A stretch of 64,000 nucleotides of DNA, from NCBI GenBank assembly GCA_030145055.1, contig JAQYWK010000004.1, forward strand, positions 74,701-138,700, in the 5' to 3' direction. The notes beneath the pieces are model-generated. The model ran no database searches, was not told the DNA's origin, and saw only the letters and a program-made list of their open reading frames with translations. The first letter of the stretch is position 1, and every line of letters starts with the position of its first letter. This DNA comes from Desulfovibrio sp. Lineage in GTDB: Bacteria; Desulfobacterota; Desulfovibrionia; Desulfovibrionales; Desulfovibrionaceae. The position numbers and the translations under genes were made by a program. Below, one piece after another: positions 9,464 through 17,479 of this stretch.

Positions 9464-9498
9464 AAGAAAAAAAGGAGCCTGTTTTTCACAGACTCCTT
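9464..9498 (-). terminator. Rho-independent terminator downstream of the receiver gene
   Basis: On the minus strand, AAGGAGTCTGTG-AAAAA-CAGGCTCCTT is followed by TTTTTTT. Confidence 0.7.
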
Positions 9499-9545
9499 AT
9501 ATTTTGTAATAAAAAGGTTAATTATATTAGTTGAAATTAAGCTCT

Positions 9546-9917
9546 TTACCCTTTGTTTAGGGCTTGAACGACCTTTTCCTTAAGTTCACTTAAGTCGACG
9601 GATTTAACAACGTAATGATCAGCTGCAATTGACTTTAAATCATGTTTGAAGCTGTCGTAAGCAGTACTTAATATTACAGGAAGATTTTGGTCTTGCAGTC
9701 GTATCTCCTGAAGTAAATCGAGTCCAGACTTGTTAACACCGAGCTTAATGTCCAGTATTACGAGGTTTGGTGATTCTCTTTTGATGACCGTAAGGATGTC
9801 TTCTGAACCATCGGATGTTGCAACGGCGTATCCTTCGGCCTTTAGTTCTTCTTTGTAAAGCATCCGTATATGTTTCTCGTCATCAACGACTAAAATTGTA
9901 GGCTGAGTCATGTTCAA
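9546..9917 (-). CDS. Single-domain response regulator (CheY-like receiver)
   Basis: ILVVDDE, the phospho-acceptor context LVILDIKL, and a 123-aa length. Confidence 0.85.
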   Translation of the reverse strand: MNMTQPTILVVDDEKHIRMLYKEELKAEGYAVATSDGSEDILTVIKRESPNLVILDIKLGVNKSGLDLLQEIRLQDQNLPVILSTAYDSFKHDLKSIAADHYVVKSVDLSELKEKVVQALNKG

Positions 9918-10188
9918 CTCCTTTAAAGTCTTAAGTCACTTCCCTACTTTAGTTTAACATTTAACTTTTGGTCAACAGGAATTAATTGTTTTTGTGTACG
10001 ACCTGCTGAAAGTACGTAGATAAAATATGAAGCAATTATAAAGTTAAATAAAACTAGGGCATTGTTCAAATCCATTTTCCTGAGCTCCTTTGAAGGCTTT
10101 TTGAATAAACATTGTTTATTCGCCTTATGTAAGAAATGTGTGTTTACATTACTTATCTTAGATATACCATAAAAAGCAGGATTTTGCC

Positions 10189-10204
10189 TGATTAATATTA
10201 ATCA
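10189..10204. promoter_or_regulatory. Perfect 16-bp palindrome TGATTAATATTAATCA, a candidate operator
   Basis: The sequence is its own reverse complement. It lies in the 444-bp AT-rich spacer between the divergent receiver gene and the ThiS-like gene. Confidence 0.25.
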
Positions 10205-10361
10205 AAAGTAATTTTTTTATAATCTAGTCTGAATTATGAAAGTTTTGTATCTTTATATGCTTTAAAAGCTTGATGAAATCAGGCTTAAGAGATAAATCCT
10301 ATGCCTCTGGTATGAAGATTTATTTAAATGAAATTTAGAAAGAAACTTAAGGAGTCTGCTG

Positions 10362-10559
10362 ATGATTATAGTCAGACTTGAGCCTGAAGATAAGATTGAT
10401 ACCTATCCCAAACTAAATACTGTGCAGCAATTGCTTAACAAGTATGACCTTTTTTATACAGATGCTTTAGTTATTCGAGATGGTGAGCTGTTGACTCAGG
10501 ATCGTAAACTTAATGATGGCGATGAAATAACTTTGAGAAAAGTCATTTCTGTCGGGTAA
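10362..10559 (+). CDS. ThiS/MoaD-like small beta-grasp protein ending in -Val-Gly
   Basis: 65 aa with AAGGAG 7 nt upstream. The C-terminal pattern DGDEITLRKVISVG parallels ThiS (DGDQILLFQVIAGG). It sits directly upstream of a TtuA-like gene. Confidence 0.5.
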   Translation: MIIVRLEPEDKIDTYPKLNTVQQLLNKYDLFYTDALVIRDGELLTQDRKLNDGDEITLRKVISVG

Positions 10560-10564
10560 AAAAA

Positions 10565-11488
10565 ATGAAATGTAAAGTATGTAAAGCTGAGGCTGTGGTT
10601 GGGCTGCCAAGTCATAATACGGCGTTTTGTGCTGTTTGTTACGATAAATTTTTTATGAAGCAGGTTTCGGAAGGAATCCGTAAAAAGAAATTGCTCGAAG
10701 CAGACGATAGAGTGCTGGTTGCATTATCCGGTGGAAAAGATTCTCTCGGACTGATGTATGCTCTCGCTGAGCTTGGGTACGATGTCACAGGGCTTCATAT
10801 TGATTTGGGTATTTCCGATTCTTCGCGAAAGGCTCGCGCTGTTGTCGAAGATTTCTGTAAAGACAGAGGCTATGCGCTTAAGGTTGTGGAGCTTGAGAAA
10901 GAAGGCGTACCGATGCCCTTGATTAAGAAGCATATTAATCGCCCCATTTGCTCTGTCTGTGGTAAGTTTAAAAGACACTATTTCAATAAAGTTGCGCTTG
11001 AAGATGGATATACCGCACTGGCTACAGGGCATAATCTTGATGATGAAGTTGCAAGGCTTTTTGCAAATACATTACGCTGGGATCAAGCGTATCTATCCGA
11101 TCAGGGTCCGGTTCTTCCTGCTGAAAACGGATTCGCTAAAAAGGTCAAACCTCTGTACAGAGTTTCAGAGTTTGAGTCTGCCAATTTTTCATTCTTGAAA
11201 GGTATTCCGTACCATCACCTGCCGTGTCCATACAGTAAAGGTGCTAGCTTTACCGGGCATAAGATGATCTGGAGAAATCAGGAAATACGCAGTCCCGGTT
11301 CTAAACGTGCGTTTTATGGTGGATTTCTAGAGCGTGGCCAGCCTGCTTTTGCTGCAATACATGAAAAAAAGAAGGATTACGAAGTTAAGCCCTGCACCAA
11401 GTGCAATTGTCCGACATCTGTAGGTGTTTGCGGAGTATGCAGAGTACGTGAACAATTGGCTGATTCTCTTATGGCTAGCAACGAATGA
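10565..11488 (+). CDS. TtuA/Ncs6-like PP-loop ATPase with terminal zinc fingers (probable tRNA or small-molecule sulfurtransferase)
   Basis: N-terminal CxxC..CxxC (CKVCKAE..CAVCYDKF), PP-loop SGGKDS, candidate Fe-S ligands CSVCG and LPCP, and a C-terminal CTKCNC..CGVC finger. Confidence 0.75.
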   Translation: MKCKVCKAEAVVGLPSHNTAFCAVCYDKFFMKQVSEGIRKKKLLEADDRVLVALSGGKDSLGLMYALAELGYDVTGLHIDLGISDSSRKARAVVEDFCKDRGYALKVVELEKEGVPMPLIKKHINRPICSVCGKFKRHYFNKVALEDGYTALATGHNLDDEVARLFANTLRWDQAYLSDQGPVLPAENGFAKKVKPLYRVSEFESANFSFLKGIPYHHLPCPYSKGASFTGHKMIWRNQEIRSPGSKRAFYGGFLERGQPAFAAIHEKKKDYEVKPCTKCNCPTSVGVCGVCRVREQLADSLMASNE

Positions 11489-12504
11489 TGATTCCTAAGG
11501 TTTCAGTGACGATGCCCTGCTATAATTGTGAAGCAACTGTAGGGCTGGCTCTTGAGTCCATATTGAATCAGACCTTAGAAAATTTAGAATTAGTGGCTGT
11601 TGATGACGGTTCCAGTGATCACACCGCAGCCATTCTTAAAGAATATGCGAGCAAAGATTCGCGGGTCAAACCGTTATTTCTTGAACATCAAGGTGTGGTT
11701 GGTGCTGCCAATGCTGCCATCGAAGGGGCGCAGGGGCAATATTTGGCACGTATGGATGCTGATGATATCGCACTGCCTCGCCGAATGGAATTACAGTCAG
11801 GTCTACTTGATTCTGATTCTGAACTGGGGCTTGTGGCCAGCCGGGTCGCATTTGGAGGGGACCGCGAAAAGTGTGCGGGGTATGCCCATTATGTGGATTG
11901 GATTAATACCGTGATTACTCCGGAAGCCATTTCTTATAATCGGTTTGTAGAATTTCCCTTTGCCAACCCATCCATAATGATGCGGAGCGAGTTTGTCGCT
12001 CAGCATGGCGCTTTTCGTGATGGAGCTTTTCCAGAAGATTACGAATTAGCACTTCGCTGGCTTGAGGCTGGCGTTAAGATGCAGAAAGTTGATGAGGAGC
12101 TTTTGGTCTGGAACGATCCGCCAGAGCGCTTGTCGAGAAATCACTCTAAATACACAGTGGATGCGTTTTATCGCATCAAAAGCGAATATCTTCATCGTTG
12201 GCTGGTCAAACACAACCCGCATCATCCCAAGGTGGGCGTGATTGGCTCAGCGCGGACTTCTCGTAAACGTTATCGTTTACTTGAGGACTTTGGGGTAGAG
12301 ACTGCTTTTTATGTAGATGTAGATCCCCGCAAAATTGGCAAAGATATTCATGGGTGTAAGGTTATACACCGGGATGATGTGCCCCCACCGGGCGAAGCTT
12401 TTTTGCTCTCGTACGTTGCTAGTCGCGGGGCACGTGAGGAAGTAGCGGAGTTCCTTGAAGCGCGTGGCTATGTGGTTGGCAGGGATTACCTTTTGGTCTC
12501 CTGA
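11485..12504 (+). CDS. Family 2 glycosyltransferase with an extra C-terminal domain
   Basis: VSVTMPCYNCEATV...VAVDDGSSD...ARMDADD (GT2 DxD-type motifs). The start overlaps the upstream stop (ATGATG). The C-terminal roughly 100 aa are Rossmann-like and of unknown function. Confidence 0.75.
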   Translation: MMIPKVSVTMPCYNCEATVGLALESILNQTLENLELVAVDDGSSDHTAAILKEYASKDSRVKPLFLEHQGVVGAANAAIEGAQGQYLARMDADDIALPRRMELQSGLLDSDSELGLVASRVAFGGDREKCAGYAHYVDWINTVITPEAISYNRFVEFPFANPSIMMRSEFVAQHGAFRDGAFPEDYELALRWLEAGVKMQKVDEELLVWNDPPERLSRNHSKYTVDAFYRIKSEYLHRWLVKHNPHHPKVGVIGSARTSRKRYRLLEDFGVETAFYVDVDPRKIGKDIHGCKVIHRDDVPPPGEAFLLSYVASRGAREEVAEFLEARGYVVGRDYLLVS

Positions 12505-12527
12505 TCCGGGTTACTATTCATTGGGAT

Positions 12528-13067
12528 CTAAAATTTGCTCTTAATAAAGTCCGTGATCGATTTGATCGCGGATTTTTTTTGTGGGTGATTATTTTCTTCA
12601 TCGTCGTCCCACCAGTCAAGGTCTCTGAATTCAATCGGTAGACGCAATGTTAAAAACGGAATGAAAAAGCCAACGACATTCTTTTTAGATGCGGCATTGG
12701 CTGAATCGAAATGGAAAAATACTTCGCCGATAAACCAAGCCTTATCTTTTTGATATGCTGGCTCTGATGGGCGTATATACATGAAGTTGGGGTCCATTTC
12801 TGAATCCTCACCAGTATCTTGGAACCGTGCAAAAATGGCAAGAACCTGTTCGCGTATCACTTTATCACCGTAAACATCTACGATAAAGGTGAACTTCAAA
12901 AAACCAGCGTCGGGTGTGTGGTTGTGGCGAGAAATTTTAAGAACGCCAACTTTTTTTTGACTTTCATCATCATCAAGAAAGAGGTCGAAGGCACTGAACC
13001 CGATAAAGTTTTCGGATCCACGGAGTTCTTCCAATTGCTTTTCAATTTCTGCTGTGCTGTCGTCCAT
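12528..13067 (-). CDS. Hypothetical acidic protein, 179 aa
   Basis: Uninterrupted ORF with no recognisable motif and an acidic tail (DLDWWDDDEENNH). Confidence 0.5.
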   Translation of the reverse strand: MDDSTAEIEKQLEELRGSENFIGFSAFDLFLDDDESQKKVGVLKISRHNHTPDAGFLKFTFIVDVYGDKVIREQVLAIFARFQDTGEDSEMDPNFMYIRPSEPAYQKDKAWFIGEVFFHFDSANAASKKNVVGFFIPFLTLRLPIEFRDLDWWDDDEENNHPQKKSAIKSITDFIKSKF

Positions 13068-13165
13068 TTGTAATCCTAAAATGTTGAAAGTTTAGATTAA
13101 AAACAGCCCAACTGTTAATAATCAGAAGGGCCGCTTTCATGTATTTTAATTGAAAGAGCTATTTG

Positions 13166-13339
13166 TTATTTTTTTTCTTTGTCGGTATCTACGTTGGCAG
13201 ATTCTTGCATCTTTGCCGCCTCATCGTCAGGTAAGGTCGTGGCGTCAAAAACACTGCGCGAACTCTTTCGAACCATGTGGAATATCGCAAAAACGATTAC
13301 CAGCATGATAATTATGGCTTCTACTCCTTCTCCTGTCAT
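13166..13339 (-). CDS. Small single-TM protein, 57 aa, below the ORF-track cutoff
   Basis: My hand translation gives MTGEGVEAIIIMLVIVFAIFHMVRKSSRSVFDATTLPDDEAAKMQESANVDTDKEKK. A strong AGGAGA lies 5 nt upstream, and the ORF starts 45 nt downstream of the permease stop on the same strand. Confidence 0.45.
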   Translation of the reverse strand: MTGEGVEAIIIMLVIVFAIFHMVRKSSRSVFDATTLPDDEAAKMQESANVDTDKEKK

Positions 13340-13384
13340 TGCTATCTCCTATAGTTCGAATTCGCTTGAATACATTTTCTTAAT

Positions 13385-14545
13385 TTAATGTGAGTGTCCG
13401 TGTCCACTTTCGCCCTTCAGCATTGCGGATATTCTGGGTATGGCTATTAATGCGAGAAGTACTATAGCGCAAAGTGTGTACAATATCCCGTGCGTATCTT
13501 TTGCTCCACTTTGTACCCAGTCAGTTATACTGAGCCCGAGCGAATAGTACAACCAGTTGGTTAACATGCCAAGTGCAAGTGAACAAACAATAATGGTGCC
13601 TAAGTAAATAAATGCTGAACGCTTGCCAAGCAGTTTTGCAACGACTGTGAATGAGGCTGCATTTGTTGCTGGGCCTGCGAGTAGAAATACCAAAGCTGCG
13701 CCAGGGGAAAGGCCCTTAAGAGCAAGTGCTGCAGCAATTGGAGTCGAGGCTGTTGCGCAAACGTAGAGCGGGATAGCCGCAGCTAACATTATAAGTAACG
13801 GCAGGAAACCATCACCGAGGTTCTTTTCGATGAATCCGTCTGGGATGAGTGCTCCGAACATGCCTGCGAAAATAACTCCCACGATAAACCAAGATCCGAT
13901 ATCTTGCAGCAGGTTGCCAAAAGAGTACTGCATTCCGCTAGTGAACTTCTCTTTTAAAGTTAAAGGCTCAGCTGTATTACCACCACCACAGCCGCAATCA
14001 TTACAACTGGTGGGGTCAGAGCAACTTGGCTCACTTTCGTGATTATGATCGTTATCGTGTCCGTGGCCGTGTTTGTGAGCGAGCTCAAATAGAATTGGGT
14101 CAGGAATTAATTGTGGTGTTGTGCCGTTTTTTTTCTCATTTCTATCGACCATAATTCCGGCAATGACGGCAGTCATGAATGCGGAAACAGGGCGGAGAAT
14201 AGTCATTATAGGGTCGAGCAGGGCGTAAGTTACAGCTATAGAGTCCACACCTGTTTCCGGTGTGGAAATTAGGAATGAAGTAGTCGCTCCCTTGCTAGCT
14301 CCTTGCTCTCTAAGCTGAGCTGCTGCGGGAATAACTCCGCAACTGCAAAGTGGAATCGGAATGCCGAACAGTGACGCTTTAAATATATCGGATGTTCTGC
14401 CGGATCCTAGATTCTTTGAAATAAATTCAGGACCTACAAAAGCTTTAAGTAGTCCTGCCACGAAGAATCCGAAAAGCATGAATGGGGCAGACTGTAGTAG
14501 TACATGCCATGATTCAATCGCAATTCTTATTAAAATATCTATCAT
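13385..14545 (-). CDS. DUF318/YraQ-type permease with His/Cys-rich loops (probable metal or metalloid transporter)
   Basis: Polytopic protein with CSCGVIP in TM2. The central loop is HKHGHGHDNDHNHESEPSCSDPTSCNDCGCGGG and the C-terminus is GESGHGHSH. Its start overlaps the stop of an ArsR-family gene. Confidence 0.75.
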   Translation of the reverse strand: MIDILIRIAIESWHVLLQSAPFMLFGFFVAGLLKAFVGPEFISKNLGSGRTSDIFKASLFGIPIPLCSCGVIPAAAQLREQGASKGATTSFLISTPETGVDSIAVTYALLDPIMTILRPVSAFMTAVIAGIMVDRNEKKNGTTPQLIPDPILFELAHKHGHGHDNDHNHESEPSCSDPTSCNDCGCGGGNTAEPLTLKEKFTSGMQYSFGNLLQDIGSWFIVGVIFAGMFGALIPDGFIEKNLGDGFLPLLIMLAAAIPLYVCATASTPIAAALALKGLSPGAALVFLLAGPATNAASFTVVAKLLGKRSAFIYLGTIIVCSLALGMLTNWLYYSLGLSITDWVQSGAKDTHGILYTLCAIVLLALIAIPRISAMLKGESGHGHSH

Positions 14546-14928
14546 TTATTTCTCCTGTCCGTGGTGCATCCATCTTCGGTCAGGTGAGCTAGCGCAGTTT
14601 GTATAATTGTTTCAACATGGTCATCATCAAGCCTGTATAAGGCCTTGCGACCTTGTTTCTCAAATCTGACCATTCGCGCTGTGCGAAGGATTCTTAGTTG
14701 ATGTGAAATGGAGGAATGACTCATGTTCAAAAGTTCAGCGAGATCGCACACACATAGCGTATTGATAGACAGTGCGTGTAATATGGATATTCTAACGGGT
14801 TCGCCGAGAATCTTAAAAGTTGCAGCGACATCTTCCATTATCTGCCGTGAGCATGTCTTACTCCTAACTATTTCAACGGCGTCAGGATTTGGATTGTGCC
14901 CATCACATGTATCTTTTTCTGTGGTCAT
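14542..14928 (-). CDS. ArsR/SmtB-family metalloregulator
   Basis: Winged HTH LGEPVRISILHAL..LCVCDLAELLNMSHSSISHQLRILR, with the CVC metal-site motif. Confidence 0.85.
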   Translation of the reverse strand: MTTEKDTCDGHNPNPDAVEIVRSKTCSRQIMEDVAATFKILGEPVRISILHALSINTLCVCDLAELLNMSHSSISHQLRILRTARMVRFEKQGRKALYRLDDDHVETIIQTALAHLTEDGCTTDRRNK

Positions 14929-14950
14929 TTGAGTTCCTTTAAGTATGTAT

Positions 14951-14970
14951 ATATGATCATGTGCTCATAT
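14951..14970. promoter_or_regulatory. Imperfect 20-bp palindrome ATATGATCAT/GTGCTCATAT, a candidate ArsR operator
   Basis: 8 of 10 half-site positions are symmetric. It lies 23-42 nt upstream of the arsR-like start codon. Confidence 0.4.
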
Positions 14971-15136
14971 GTTAACCACAAGTCGGATAAGGTCAATAGT
15001 TATTGTCTTGGAAAAAGTTAAAATCGTTGGACAAAATAAAGATTATAATTTGCTGATTACAGTAAAAGTATATAATATCGCATGAAATTGTGAATAATTA
15101 CTTTCTAATTAGGGTATTAAATTTATTTCGAGGATT

Positions 15137-16426
15137 GTGATGAAAAAAGTTACTGTTTTCATATTGTCATGCTTGTTAACACTTTTGTTGATTCCTGCCG
15201 TGTTTGCGGCTCCGGCGAACGGTGAAGAACAAAAAGTGGATGTTACTGAAGAACTTATAACAATGGCATGGCTTGATCGCCTTAAAATTGAAAGTGAAGA
15301 TAAAGCGTTTAGGTTAAAATTGGGCGGGACTTTTTCTTTTGACTGGGGACAAATAAACGAAGATTATAGAGTTGCCTCCGTTTATGACTCTGTCCAGGAT
15401 CATAAGCAGGAAGTTAGGTTTGCGAAGCCGCTAATTGATTTAAAGCTTTATGATGATTATGATTTTAGAGTTCAATACGAGTTTGTAGGTAAACGGGGCC
15501 AGTTCCTTGATGTATGGGGGCGGGTTAAAAATATTCCCTATATCGGAAGATTAAAAATTGGTAATTTTAAAGAGCCATTTTCCATGACAGTTCTTACCGG
15601 AGATACTGGCGGAACAATGATGGAATATCCTTCCTCGGCTGTTTTTGCTCAGTCTCGAAATCTCGGTATTCAGCTTTCAAATACTTATTTAGATGGAAGA
15701 ATTAATGTTGCTGCGGGTGTATTTAATAAAGCCGGATATTTGGATGATTCTTTTACCACAGGACAATCCGGTGTCGACCTCACAGGACGCGTAGGGTGGC
15801 GTCCTTATCAAGAAGATGAAGGACGTAAGTTGGTGCATCTTGGTTTAGGTTATTCTCATCAGTTTCTTAACGGCAATAACCAACTTTCTTCCTTTTCTCC
15901 TAAAGTAGGATCAAATCTCTCCACAATTAAACTTGCAGGTACAGGATCAATGGTCGCTGATGGACAGGATCTGTTTAACTTTGAGCTTGCAGGTGTGTGG
16001 GATCAATTCTGGCTTATGAGTGAGCTTAGCACTGCTTATGTTGATAGAAAAATCAATAAAGGTGCATTTTTTTATGGATATCATGTAGATGTCGGGTACA
16101 TTCTCACAGGCGAGACCAAGCCTTTTAAATCAAGTAACGCTGTCTTCGGTGCGATAGTTCCAGATAAGCCGTTTAATCCTCTGAATGGGGGGTGGGGCGC
16201 TTTGGAAGTGGCTCTGCAATATGCCCGTACCGACTTAAATGATTCCAGCGCCAGTATTAAGGGCGGGGTTCAGGATAATATTGGTGTAGCTCTTAACTGG
16301 TTTTTGAATTCTCATACCCGTATTGCTGGTAACTACATCCACGCAGGTGTTTCAGATAGAGAAAATTCTTCGCTGACAAATGGTGAGATGGATATTTACC
16401 AATGTAGGATTTCTTTTTACTTCTAG
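15137..16426 (+). CDS. OprO/OprP-family (phosphate-selective type) outer-membrane porin
   Basis: Signal peptide ending VFA-AP. GRLKIGNFKEPFSMTVLTG resembles the Porin_O_P core motif, and the C-terminus has alternating beta-strand character ending in Phe (RISFYF). Confidence 0.65.
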   Translation: MMKKVTVFILSCLLTLLLIPAVFAAPANGEEQKVDVTEELITMAWLDRLKIESEDKAFRLKLGGTFSFDWGQINEDYRVASVYDSVQDHKQEVRFAKPLIDLKLYDDYDFRVQYEFVGKRGQFLDVWGRVKNIPYIGRLKIGNFKEPFSMTVLTGDTGGTMMEYPSSAVFAQSRNLGIQLSNTYLDGRINVAAGVFNKAGYLDDSFTTGQSGVDLTGRVGWRPYQEDEGRKLVHLGLGYSHQFLNGNNQLSSFSPKVGSNLSTIKLAGTGSMVADGQDLFNFELAGVWDQFWLMSELSTAYVDRKINKGAFFYGYHVDVGYILTGETKPFKSSNAVFGAIVPDKPFNPLNGGWGALEVALQYARTDLNDSSASIKGGVQDNIGVALNWFLNSHTRIAGNYIHAGVSDRENSSLTNGEMDIYQCRISFYF

Positions 16427-16459
16427 CATGAAGTTTTTTTCCTTAAAAATGAGCGCTCC

Positions 16460-16777
16460 ATGAATTACTCAGAAAAGAAAGTAAATACAGTTTTGATTGA
16501 ATCGGCACTAATTGACTTAGTTCCGATTCTAATTGAAACACTCACTAATGAATTAACTGACATGGAAATGTTGTTACAAACTGGAAAACTAGCTGAGATG
16601 CAAGAGCTGAATCATTCTTCACGCGGGGCCGCACTGACCTATGGCTTCGATACTTACGCTGAAATTTTAATCGATGTTCAAAGGGCCGTAGCAATTAGCG
16701 ATATGGAGATAGCGAAAAGTTTGCTCAGTCAACTACAAAATATGTTGGGGACAGTTGAGTTCAAGCCTGTCGAATAG
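16460..16777 (+). CDS. Hpt (histidine phosphotransfer) domain protein
   Basis: 105-aa helical protein. QELNHSSRGAALTYGF matches the HxxKG-type Hpt phospho-His context. A hybrid kinase is encoded nearby. Confidence 0.5.
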   Translation: MNYSEKKVNTVLIESALIDLVPILIETLTNELTDMEMLLQTGKLAEMQELNHSSRGAALTYGFDTYAEILIDVQRAVAISDMEIAKSLLSQLQNMLGTVEFKPVE

Positions 16778-17466
16778 AGGTTCTGTTTTACTGCTTCAGC
16801 CACGAAATAGTTCCTTTGTCTAGCTTGATTTAGGGCATTGATTAGGAACCGCTTTGTCGTTGCACTTATTCCTATACTTCCACTTTCCCTAGGACCCGCT
16901 ACGTTTAGCACTTTTATCTGAGTTGTTCGAAGCCAGGCAAGCATCGTTGAGGTCGTATCAGGTGAGTCGAGAGGGATTATTGCCACAGGTTTATTGTGCT
17001 TTTTTGCAAGCCGTATAGTCAGAGCTGTGCCTTTGGATTTTTTTTCCCCGGGAAAAATTAACGTCCCATCCGAATCGAGAACATTCTGTTCTGTTCTCTT
17101 CCAGTAATAACGAGTGGCCATTTCTTTTAGATTATACTTAGCAGGAATCTTACCATCTTCAGCCTTTCTACCGCCTGGGCACCACCCGCCATGCGGAATT
17201 CCTAGGTGGATTGCTGCATCTAATGCTCCGCGATCTACACCCGTTTGCCCTCCTGATACTATGCTGAATCCTTTGGGTAGAAGAAACGGTTCGTCGTGAA
17301 AGGAACCAACATCAATAAGCAGTAATTCTCCGCAATTGGGACACTTGACCCTTGCAAAACGACTGATCAGAGCAGGTATGAGATCAAAAGATTCGAGGGG
17401 GCTTGTCCACGAACATTTGTTGCACGACTTATGTTCTTTACTTCCATATGCTGCGGGTCTTTCCAT
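16729..17466 (-). CDS. Zn-ribbon plus SLOG-superfamily domain protein ('putative molybdenum carrier' type)
   Basis: SGGQTGVDRGALDAAIHLGIPHGGWCPGGRKAEDGKIP..RTEQNVLDSDGTLIF..GTALT is the hallmark of that family. An N-terminal CNKC..CPNC ribbon precedes it. Start chosen at the internal ATG (MERPAAY), 14 nt after the kinase stop; the track ORF runs to 17502. Confidence 0.7.
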   Translation of the reverse strand: MERPAAYGSKEHKSCNKCSWTSPLESFDLIPALISRFARVKCPNCGELLLIDVGSFHDEPFLLPKGFSIVSGGQTGVDRGALDAAIHLGIPHGGWCPGGRKAEDGKIPAKYNLKEMATRYYWKRTEQNVLDSDGTLIFPGEKKSKGTALTIRLAKKHNKPVAIIPLDSPDTTSTMLAWLRTTQIKVLNVAGPRESGSIGISATTKRFLINALNQARQRNYFVAEAVKQNLYSTGLNSTVPNIFCS

Positions 17467-17479
17467 AGATGGAGGTATA

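Noticed and set aside
13179-13388. 69-aa plus-strand ORF.
   Set aside because: It has no RBS. The opposite strand carries a 57-aa ORF with a strong AGGAGA RBS and a clean TM helix, in operon position behind the permease, and I preferred that one.
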